Assembly: GCF_964355755.1 (NCBI RefSeq)
Contig: NC_092678.1
Coordinates: 12,832,352-12,896,351, forward strand
From: Antedon mediterranea
Lineage: Eukaryota > Animalia > Echinodermata
Direction of reading: 5' to 3'
DNA: 64,000 nucleotides
Below, one piece after another: positions 38,301-50,300 of this stretch (the stretch's first letter is position 1; the number at the start of each line of letters is the position of its first letter). Below the pieces are notes generated by a model, which saw only the letters and a list, made by a program, of their open reading frames with translations, was not told the DNA's origin and did not search any database. Made by a program: the position numbers and the translations under genes.

Positions 38301-41300
38301 CACTTAAGGTTGGCTTTCTTCCAGCCTATGTATTTTATTGTTTTACTGATAATCTGTATTAATGTTTGATGAAGTGTGAAATAAAAACGAAAAAAAAAAA
38401 CAAAAAAAAACACGGTTTGAACATCAAAATTGTTCAATTTGATTAAGACAAAATGGAAGTGAAATTATTTCCATCAAATGTATTATAATATAAAAAAAAA
38501 GTAATTTACTCAGTAAAATAATCCATTTTATCTTCGATGAGAAATTCCACCACAAGTAACGATGCAATGTTACACCTAAAACATGACAAAATAATACACT
38601 TTAAATCATTGTTGAATTACAACTTTTTTGGCAAAAACTATTAAAAACTATTGTAAGGACAAAATAATATAAGAACAAATTAATATTTTTCTTAAATATA
38701 AATCTTAGATATAAAATTATGGGAAAAGTGGCAATTTACAATAAAAAGTAATCAATGAAAGTATAAACATTAGCATATCTTGCAATCAATTTGGACTACA
38801 AGTAGATCACAACTTTATAAGTAAAAAAATGGTTTTTAGAGGAGTTAACATGCAAATATTGAATCCAACAAAAACATGCTAGGTTATAGAATGTAAGGCT
38901 TCATACAATCAAATAGGTTAAGGTGTCTAGCAATAAATAGTGTGTTATTCACCCTATCCTGTATTATAATAATTATGGGTCAAAAAACAATACATCTTAC
39001 ACATTTTAAATTGCTTTCATTTTGCTTAGTCAGTAAAAATAAGTTTGATGTCAGATGTCAAAATAAAATGCATTCGTTGTAACTATCATCATTAGGCTTA
39101 AAACAACAATGTCATAATTAATATGTGATTGTGATTTTTTTAAATTCCATTAAATGGCCTTATTAAAATTATTTTTAAAATTAAAATTTAATAAATGTTT
39201 TTGAATAAACAAAAAAATTTATCTGAACATCACTAAATTGTTGTTATATGTTATGTACTGTATATTGATTGAAATTAAAGTTTATTGTAAATTGTTATGT
39301 TGTATCTTGAAATAAAAGAATGTTCAACATATGACATTGGTCAACAAGAAAAAAAATATGTTGCCTAACAATGCATTAAATTTAATTAAATGAATTTGAG
39401 CTGATTTTGCAATTTAAATTTGGTTAAAAAACTGTAGACTGTAAATTGTAGACCTGAACTCACAGGCTTTTTCATCATTTTGTGTTAATGATAACAGGTT
39501 CTGAATTTATAAAGCGCAAATAAAAAAAAAAATCTTTAAGCGCTGTGAACAACATTCAAGTGAAAGTTAATCAAGAAAAAGGCTGAAAGCGGAATTCCAT
39601 GACAACATGTTACCTAATTATTATGCACTAAAATGTCTCCCTTCACTATAGAGTACAGTACTTATTAAAAACTAAAAAAGTTAACACAACTTGGTTAAAC
39701 TGTAAAGGTTATTGTAATATAACGATATACTTTTATATTTAAGAAATTGACCTTTGTATCGGAATTCAAATAGGTTCACAAACTTGACCCAGAAAGTCCA
39801 GAGGAGAGTTTGTCCAGATGTTTTAATGACCATTTAGTTTATAATAGAATCCCTAAAGAAAACACTTAGCTTAATTTTGTGACTTTTCCCATCGTTAAAC
39901 CAGGAGTGATTGACACTATTTAAGTACAGATTTGACAGTGTCATCCATCACAGAAATACCTTATTATACCGTTAATCACTCCCACTTAAACACCCCTGGA
40001 TCAACTTGGGACCAATCGTTACCCTCTAATATTACGTAGTGACATTATGCAAATGAACTGAGCCAATATGCTCCTAAGTTTCAGGGGGGCCCAGACACAC
40101 CTTACAGCCATTTCACGGAGCACACACCTCACAGCCACTTCTTCAGAAGAACATCTACACCTCACAGCCACTTCTTCAGAAGCAGACCTACACACACCAC
40201 ACCTCACTGACAGCATCATTGATTGTCCGTTCCTTATCTATACTTATAGTTGTATATTGTACTGAAGTATTATACTGAATAAATAATATATGTGTTACGA
40301 CAGTCAAGCGAGTAAGAGTCTTCATTAGTACCTCAACAACGCAACATTATATTACATGGTGGAAGACCCAAATTTCATAAGGAACGGAGTGAGAAAACAA
40401 GAAATAAACACTTAACAAGACACGAAGACGAAGACAAAAATAACCATATTTGTTTGAAAGGAGAAAACCAGAAATTTACTTTGACTCAAAAGACAAGCTG
40501 AAATTATATTTGAATGAGATCGAGACAAGCAGAAATTTTTATCAAATTATAACCATTGGATGAAGACAAAGAAGATAATCGAGGAAGACACAAAAGACAA
40601 GCTGAAATTATATTTGAATGAGATCGAGACAAGCAGAAATTTTATCAAATTATTACCATTGGATGAAGACAAAGAAGATAATCGAGGAAGACACAAAAGA
40701 CAAGCTGAAATTATATTTGAATGAAATCGAGACAAGCAGAAATTTTATGAAATTATAACCATTGGATAAAGACAAAGAAGATAATCGAGGAAGACCCAAG
40801 AAGAATCAAAACAGAAGCAAGCGGACAAGAACTGTTTCGTTTAGAGACTTTCAACTTCACGCCGTTTTTTTTTCGATCGTTTTTTTTAACATTTACTTTT
40901 TTGAACATTGATGAACACCTTTCGCATTTTTTTAATTCGTTGTTTGAAAATTTGAACATTGATGAGCACCTTTAACATTTCTTTAATTCGTTGTTTGAAC
41001 ATTTAGACATTTTTGAACACTTTTTGCATTCCTTTAATTCATTTTTAATTGGATCCGAAGCATTAGGGGTAAGTCAAAACCATTTTGATTTTTGATTTGT
41101 AACCTTGATTGAAAAAGTGAGAGTTTACATATATACACACTAAAACTGTTTTTTAAATTGTTAAAATAATTGTTGAATAAACCCGCCGATAATAATAATA
41201 ATGAGAAAATTCAGAACACCGTTAACGTAGTAAATGACGAAAACAATGTTTAATTTGTCGACGAACATGATAGGACACCAACCCAATTGCAATCAGATAG

Positions 41301-44300
41301 TGATACCCTTACACATCCAACTAAAGTAGAACCCCTTAACTTTCAACCTTACATTGACTGTGTAGAGAATAACATGCGATTAGCAGCCCCATTCCAAATG
41401 AAAGAAGAACAAATAAAGGAACAAACTAATTTAATTATGACAGCACCTAATGATTCAAATATGACATTAAACCGAGGTAGATTTAAGGCAGGACATTTCC
41501 AAGTTTTAGTTTCATAATCTAAACTGACTTCAGCCAAACGCAACACCGATAAAACAAAACACGAATCTAATGATCGCAAATTTTGGTGGAATATTGACAG
41601 ATATAACGATACAGATAAATTAATTAAAGAGATTATTAATGATAAACAGATACCGATAAGTGGATCGCCAAAACGATTCATAAAACGTTTGTATAATGCA
41701 ACAAGTTACTGATTTAATTTTTTTGCGAGATTATTTTAAAATTACGACATTTGCTAAATTAGTGATAGCATAGTCTACGTATTTGATGAGATTTGTTTAA
41801 TAATAATGTGATTTCAGTTAAAAGAGAATTGAATTTATGTTTAAGTATTGATTTTGTAACGAGTTTTTTGATAATGATTAATTTTGAATTTTGATGATCG
41901 ATATATTGAGATATTGAAAAGAACGACAATCATTTTGTAACAAATATTTTGTAACAAATATTTTGTTTAACCTTTGAGTCGTTAATCTCAAGCATTAATT
42001 AATTGATATACAATAACAGGAGATTTTCTTAGTACTTTTAATTGTAATTTTTTGACATTGAGTACAAAAGTCGAGTTTGTCGATTGATTGAAATCGTAAT
42101 TACCTGTGAATATAAATGCTTAAATCGATAAAGTTGTGACGATAACGATATATTGTGGATAAGTTTGTGTCAACGGGACACACACATTTGTTTCTTTTAA
42201 AGTTTTAAGTGATTAAGTTTGACATTTTGATTTTAGGCTAATCAGCCACAGTTTCTTGAGTTTTATGTTTTGATTTGATGATTTATGTTTGAAGGCCATT
42301 AGAACGCGATGAGTTGTCGCACAATTTGACGTATGTTCAATGTAACATACTATTTTTAAGTTTTGTATTTTTATTTTTAACTGATTTATGTTTGATTTAC
42401 GCGAATTTTTATACCAAATTCATTTTTAATTTCATTTTTTTAAAGAGAGAGGAGAGAGTGAAAGTGATAAGGTTACACTTCAGAGTCAATGGTTTTGGCT
42501 AACTCAATTTTTGCTTATATGTATAATAATGTTTTTTTCTTTTATATAACTTTAATTTTGCATGCCACTATTATAACCATTTTTATATATTTAAAATAGA
42601 TTAGAAGAAAAAAAAAGGGAAACAGAGGGATGTAATATAACGATATACTTTTATATTTAAGAAATTGATCTTTGTATCGGAATTCAAATAGGTTCACAAA
42701 CTTGACCCAGAAAGTCCAGAGGAGAGTTTGTCCAGATGTTTTAATGACCATTTAGTTTATAATAGAATCCCTAAAGAAAACACTTAGCTTAATTTTGTGA
42801 CTTTTCCCATCGTTAAACCAGGAGTGATTGACACTATTTAAGTACAGATTTGACAGTGTCATCCATCACAGAAATACCTTATTATACCGTTAATCACTCC
42901 CACTTAAACACCCCTGGATCAACTTGGGACCAATCGTTACCCTCTAATATTACGTAGTGACATTATGCAAATGAACTGAGCCAATATGCTCCTAAGTTTC
43001 AGGGGGGCCCAGACACACCTTACAGCCATTTCACGGAGCACACACCTCACAGCCACTTCTTCAGAAGAACATCTACACCTCACAGCCACTTCTTCAGAAG
43101 CAGACCTACACACACCACACCTCACTGACAGCATCATTGATTGTCCGTTCCTTATCTATACTTATAGTTGTATATTGTACTGAAGTATTATACTGAATAA
43201 ATAATATATGTGTTACGACAGTCAAGCGAGTAAGAGTCTTCATTAGTACCTCAACAACGCAACATTATATTACATTATCTTTAAAGTTGGTTTAAAAAAA
43301 CAAATCATATTCAATTTAAATGAAAAACAAAAACCACAATATTAAAGTAAAAATAATTTGATTTAAAATGTTACACCACAAATATTTTCCCCATTTGTTA
43401 TTTCAAACATGCAGCAAGTTTTCAATAAAATGGAATGAACAACAATATGTAAGGGAGGTAAACATAAAATGTGGTACAAACAATGTAACCATATCAACAA
43501 CAAAAAGAATAAAACAATTTGAATGCAAACAAATTAACTGAAATAAAAAAAAAAATGTTGAGTGCAAAAGGTTAAAAACCCAAACTTTACCACAATGAAC
43601 TGAAAACTGTAAAAGCTGTGAAGAAATGGTATGATATTAACTTGAGGCAAATTAAAAAAATACATGTTGTGATACACACTACAGTGAAACACCTTCTTTG
43701 AGACCTCACTATTAAGGGAATACACACCTCTATTAAAACACTACTGTCATTTGAAATGAACAAGGGCAATATTGTTTCAACATTATGGCCAATTACCTTG
43801 TTTAGTGGACACTTTCTTGTGAAACAGACAAAGGGTAATGTGTTTTAACACTACGGCTAACCACTATTCAGGAGACATCTTAATTAAGGCAAAGTTTTTT
43901 TTTGAGTTGATGTATACTTTAAAAGTCTTATAATTTCGGTTTGTAAATTCAATTTGAGACAATATTTTCTAGTACTGGCTAGATTGTGTGGAATTTGAAA
44001 CAGTATATAAAACATACGTAAAGATGGCTCACTAATAATTGAAATGTGCAGTATTAAGGGTAAAAAACTTACTTCTCTTTAACAGTAACTTTTGAATTGC
44101 TGTCCAACATTTTGATGAAAGTTAACAAGAAACTCTTGTTAAGAAGAAGCTCTGAAAGTTGTTGTAAACGTGTTGTAATGTTTTCAATATCCTAAGTGAA
44201 GTAAATTATTAGAAAAGAAATAATTACAACACAAATATTTATTTCATATTATTAATTTTATTGATCAGAGTGTTTAAAGGCAAGAAATTGGAATGTTGAT

Positions 44301-47300
44301 CGTTGTCTAAGAACACCGGGATTTTTAAGGCCACAGATTACCGTACGCCTTGCGTTAGATAACTAACCTAAAGCTGTGAGTCTGAACATACCCTTAGATT
44401 CTAGGACAACAAACAGAAATGTTTGCTGCTTAACTGTTACTTTGACCACTATCACTCATCCATATTTATGGCATATGACCATGGAGTACAACTCTGGTTG
44501 TAATACAACTGAATAGGGAATAGTTGAATGTTAAGTATTTTTGTTCATAGTTGTTTTAACTCTTTCTAATTATCACTTCATAAGATCAGGCGTGGGAGTG
44601 CTTGCCTAATAAGTTGGGTTCATATCGAACTTAGGGCGAGATAAGTACTGATCTAGTTAAATTTTACGAGAGCGGTAATTCGATTAAATTCATTAAATTG
44701 CGTTCAACGGCTCATGTTAGGGCGAGATAACTTAAGCATCACGTGCTCGCGACCCCGCCGACACAAACAGGAAGTACAGTTGAACAGGTTAGGGCACTTT
44801 ATTATGGGCTATTCCTTGTGTGTATACGCACCCATTCTACCACCTTCTTCTTCTTTTTCGAGTACTGCTTAACGATCCGTCGACACAATGCTTCCTCAGT
44901 TATTATCATTATCGGAGTTTTTACCTATATTTTTACAAATGATTAATGACGACACTGAACTAGATGAAGGTACTGCTTTGCTGCTGTTTGCGTTAGTTGA
45001 GTTCGTTTCTAGCTGCATGGAATCCCAGCGAATGATGCGACAACGACGACGGCTCAGATACCTACGATATGCCGAGGAACAGCGCGAACTTGGGAAGATC
45101 ATGTTTCTTTTACATACAAGCCTAGATGTAACATTTTTTGTCTTCGCTTTTACTTTTTCGGACATGATGAATGCGGTACAGATGTATTGAAATAAGTTTT
45201 AAAATAGTAATATGACAGATCGTCGCTCTCGGTTAACATGTGGTTCAGAAATAAAGCTAATTTGTTGATGTTTATAATGTCAAAGTTGAAATTTGCTTTA
45301 ATCTGATTGGTGTATTGGTGACCTCCAATTCTGAATGCCTCATGCTGTGTTAATTACCTTAATCGTTTTCTAGCTTTACCAGTGGATTTACTATTCCGTC
45401 GAGACGATGGCCTTGACTGACCGTAGTCGAGGAAATTCCTTCATCTCGCCCTAATAATTTGTTCACATCGAAGTTATGGCGACATCATCTCGTTAATCTA
45501 GTAAATTTATCGACCTAAGTTCGATATGAACGGGCCTATACACTCCAAAAAATTCCCTGGAGTCGTGCCATTTACCGTTTGGTAAACTTTTACACATGAA
45601 AAACAGCAAACCTAGAGCACACTAAATGTGCTGAGGAGTACATTTTGTAGCATACTAGCAATTTTAAAGAGACAAAGCCTGTGATATGATATAATATGAG
45701 TGGAGAAATCAATAAACAAACTTACTTTGTTTTGTGAATCTGGAATATGCTCAAAGCCATTGAACATCATGTTACAGACATATTGTTTATGAGTAACAAA
45801 AGGCATTACAATCCCTTGAAAATCATCTGCCGTCAAATCAGTCAAGTAAACAGTTAAATCAGCGAATGCTATTACAAAAATAAATAAAATAAAAATGATA
45901 AGTTTGTGTTTACCAAGTATTTAATCAAATATTCTACACTAGGTTATAATGTTCACATTTCTATACTTCATTCAATATTATTGTGTTTGTATTTTCTCTA
46001 TGATTTTTAATTAATATGTGAAGGGAAATTTATTAATATCAACAAGGTAAGTACAACATTTTAAGTATAGTGAGATTAATAATGTATGAACAGTTGAATG
46101 ATACTAATTACAATCCTTTATCTAAATTAAAATAGAAAAAACATTAAAAAAAAATGTTGTTTATAATTATACAAAATTTGATAAAAATCCTTTTTTCTTT
46201 ATTAAGGTTGTATGACAAATCTATACTGGACTATTGCCTACAATCTGCAACTGTTGAGTTGGTCAGGGTTGGGTTTGGGGGTAGTATCATGGCACAAATG
46301 GAATTGTTCACCTAAGGAATGTACAGTACAGCCAGGTATACATGTATTAAAAGGCAGTTGTAAAGATTGTATATTCTGGACAAAACAATTATAAAAGGAG
46401 GCACGGAAAGACCAAACAGGTGCTAAACACCTATGCTAGTCGGTCAACCCAGAACAGAGAAAAATAAATAAATTACGTTCTACAATAAAAGCATCGACAA
46501 GAAAGCGACCAACTACACACATTTTCATTATCAAAATTATTAAAAAAATAAATATTTATAAATTATAATGGTTAACCTGCAATTTGGTCAGTGTTATGCC
46601 CAAATAAGGTCATGTTATGCTTGATTTTAATGATTCACCTGATTGAGCTTCTTCCTGTACTTCTTCTTGAATTCTTTCCATTTCAACATAAACTTTTTTG
46701 TTTTCTTTGTCATATTGTTTAATTCTTCGTCTATGGATCAGAAGAATGATTAAGAAGAGAAGTATTGCAACACCTATTACTGAACAAACTACAATAATTA
46801 TTTCTACTTGAATTTTGGAAGAATATTCGATGGGCCCAAACGTCACATTAATGTTACCATGCTGAATCTGAAAAGAAAAAAATTGAATTATAATACTATA
46901 CACCATTATTTTGTTTTTTGTAAAATAATATTTTGAACTTTTATATTTTGCAGTAGTTTAAAAAAATTCTAAAAAGCATTTAAAAACATAAATTCTTGGT
47001 TGTTGTGGAAAAAGAACAATCATTAATTTGGATATTATACACATAATGAATGTTTATGAGTTGATGGTTAGAATATTTAATAATTTGAAAGATTGACTGC
47101 TCCCATTTAACGGGTACCAAGAGTACAATCATAGAGGTGTTATAAAAGCCATTATTTGTGATAAAAGATATGTCAATTGCAGAAGATTTGGCAAAATCAG
47201 GAGCAGAGTATTTTATTTTTAAATGAGAGGTTACCTCACTTGGCTTTTAATTGAACTAAAAATTCTATATAATAATATTATAAAATGTCCTTTTCTGTAC

Positions 47301-50300
47301 CATGCTGTCTAAGAGGTTACTTTTAAAAGGAGTAATAATTAGATTATTATTCTTGTGATCTGGTGACCACAAACATTTGCTTACCTTAACTATAGGATGA
47401 TCTTCACCATCTACTGGATTAGGTTCCTTGTCTGGTACTTCAACAATAACTACTGTACGTGTTATTGAATTTACAGTGCATTTAACACTTCCTATGAAGA
47501 CTTCAACATCCTCAATGTCACTAGCAAGGTTGATGTCAGAACCCTAATAATAATAAATCACAATCGGTAAATAACTGATTCAATAAGTTCTTTTTCAAAT
47601 TTTAAAATAAATGTAGCTCAATAATACACTTTACACTGAACAAAAACTAACTAACTAAATAATTATGAGATTTGTGTAAACATTTTGTGCAGCAGTAGAA
47701 ACTAAGTTTGGTTGCTCCTAGCACGCATTGCATGATGTAATCACAACACAAGTAACTTGACTATTCATGACACGACTGATGGATCAACCATTGCATCATG
47801 ATAATAGTCAAATTACTTGCGTTGTCAATTACATCTTTCCATTGTGTTAAGTAGAGTTGATTTAATGCTTTTACGCAATACACTGCTGAAGAAATAAAAC
47901 TATATATTTACAATCAACTTTATAAATTCATCAATATCTTTGTCATATCTGTATATTCCATCTACTACAGTCTCTCCATAATAAGACATATTATCAAAGG
48001 GATAATATATTGGATTAGGGTAAACTGAGAATCCAAAATCACCACTCAATGTAAGAACGAAACCATCAAATGAAAAGGTCAAAGGTAAAACTGTCCGGTC
48101 TGTCTGTCGTCTGCTACGATAACCTGATGTGGAGAGATCAGCTGGTGGACTTTCACAATCCATCTCCTCATTTGACAGAATTATACAGATCTGAAAAAAC
48201 AACACATCATTTCTTTATTTATTATGTACATTAAAGAACAATTTACAAGGAATTTTCAAAATAATTAATTAATTTTCATAAAGTCATATACTTTGCTTAA
48301 ATCTGACAAAACAATTCTACTTAGTAACAATTATAATCAAAATAAATACACAAAAGGCCTATATTGTGTAAATAAGACAGAAGAGAAATCAGAGTGTTAA
48401 TGTTGGAAAACAAAAACATGATCTTAAAATTATCTTTACTTGATAATCAGATGCTTTTGGAGATGATTTAATGTACAATTACATCAGAGAAGGACCTATG
48501 CTTGGTTACTACTAGAGATGCAACACAAGCACGCATGTAACATAAGTGATTTGACCAATCACTAGCGATTGATTATTCCAACCTTTACTTTTCATTGGTC
48601 AACTCGATTGCGTTGGGTTTACATCCTTGAGTTGCGTCTCTAGTGGCAACCAAGCTTTAAAGCACTCAGATTTTATGGATGGATTATGGATATATTCTTA
48701 TGGATGAATGATATGGATGTAAACATTGTTGACATTTAAGGAAAACCTTTCTTTCTGTTGAAATTTATTATATTAGAAATGTAAATGTATCTAAAGCTTA
48801 CATTTTCCGCTGATACGCTATTTAACAACATCGTTGCTTTCTGTACATATTGGAAATTTGTTCCGGTCACTCTGATGTTTTGACCACCTCTGCAAAAATA
48901 AGCATTTTAAACATTATCATTACATGGAATATGGTGCTTTAAGTATGAAGGAGTTTATTGATTTTACTTCCAATTCTTAAAGCCCAACATTGTCACATTG
49001 TTTTGTATAATAATTTGATACACTGAGCTTTTGTCAAGGTCAGTACAGTTTGTATCTTACTATAGTAAACAACTCTGCAGGTCTGAACTAGACTAATTGC
49101 CCCAACTTTATATTATTGTCTTTTATTATTTTAGTCTACCAGTCAGTGTTTTGATTTTGTCCTGAAAGCTCAAGCAGTGTACGTATGAAAGGCCATATGT
49201 GTCAAAATATTTTTCTTTTTACTAATATTAAGTCAAAACTCCGTCAGGAACCCAGATTAGGTCTGAACATGCCTTAAGACTATAATTCTCAAGTATTTTT
49301 TTAGATAATAAAATGTTTCTGTCCATTTACAAAATTAAGTATATTAACCTCTCTTCTTTGAGGGCTTGCAGCTAAGGCTATCGCTTAGGTCTAGCATTTT
49401 CAGAACATTGTTGCTCGTCATTCTTTGCATCTCATAACATAACACCAGTATTGGAACAGCTACATTGGTGGCAAGTTGAGAAGGGAGTAATGTACAAGAT
49501 ACTTCATCACATTTAAATCACTCCAAAACATGGCTCCAACATTTCTATCAAAAACATTTTCAAGCCAAAACGGACACCGAGGTCATCATCAGAGGTCATC
49601 ACTCAGGCCTATACCTAGACAGCCTTAAAAAAAATATAATGGACAACGCGCCTGTTTCTGGTCAGCTGCTGCTCTTTGGAACGCCCTTCCAAACTCAATC
49701 AGGAATGCCAAATCACTCGACACATTCAAACAACTTCTCAAATCTCACCTTTTTATTTTGCATTTTCATTATTAAGCTTTTGCTCTTTTATAACATTTTC
49801 TGTTGATTGTTCAACGCTTTGAGATGCCCTGTATTTTGCGGTATATTAAATTGAACATTATTATTATATAATTAAGAAAATTCTTCTTACGCTTGAATGC
49901 CTTTATTAGGTTGGAAGTCAGTCACTGTGGGATTTGTAGTGTAAGTAAATGTAGGACTATCTCTAACAGCATTTCCAAATGTAACTGTTACTGCAACTTC
50001 AGCTCCAGATGTTGTATAGTTTGATGTTGTACACATTATCTGGTTTTCACTGATACTGTAAAATGAAACAACAGTTGTTAGAATTTGGTAAAGGCAATCA
50101 TTTACATGTCAATCTATATACAATTGATGATGAATGAATGATCTATTTTGTAACATAACCTGCAGCTTCATTAAGATCATTGGACTTGAAAATAATGAAT
50201 GTACAAAATGTTATTTCATACCTCCTGGTAACATAACATTCTCTTCCATCAATAGATACCATTACGTCATTCCCAGTGTTCAGATTAGATCCACTGAATG

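Larger units (their letters stand above)
39713..43274 (+). mobile_element. Young non-autonomous LTR retrotransposon (LARD/TRIM-like, Ty3/Gypsy-type 4-bp TSD), 3562 bp
   Basis: 644-bp LTRs at 39713-40356 and 42631-43274 (TGTAAT...ATTACA; one mismatch seen by eye). PBS TGGTGGA at 40357, PPT at 42603-42630, TSD TTAT at 39709-39712 and 43275-43278. No gag/pol ORF. Confidence 0.95.

Noticed and set aside
39713-40356. Retrozyme (hammerhead ribozyme in the LTRs)
   Set aside because: No CTGANGA...GAAA core with flanking stems was found by eye. An Infernal search would be decisive.
40019-43183. Identical 65/66-aa ORFs at 40019/40068 and 42937/42986
   Set aside because: They lie inside the two LTRs over short internal repeats; their identity reflects LTR duplication.
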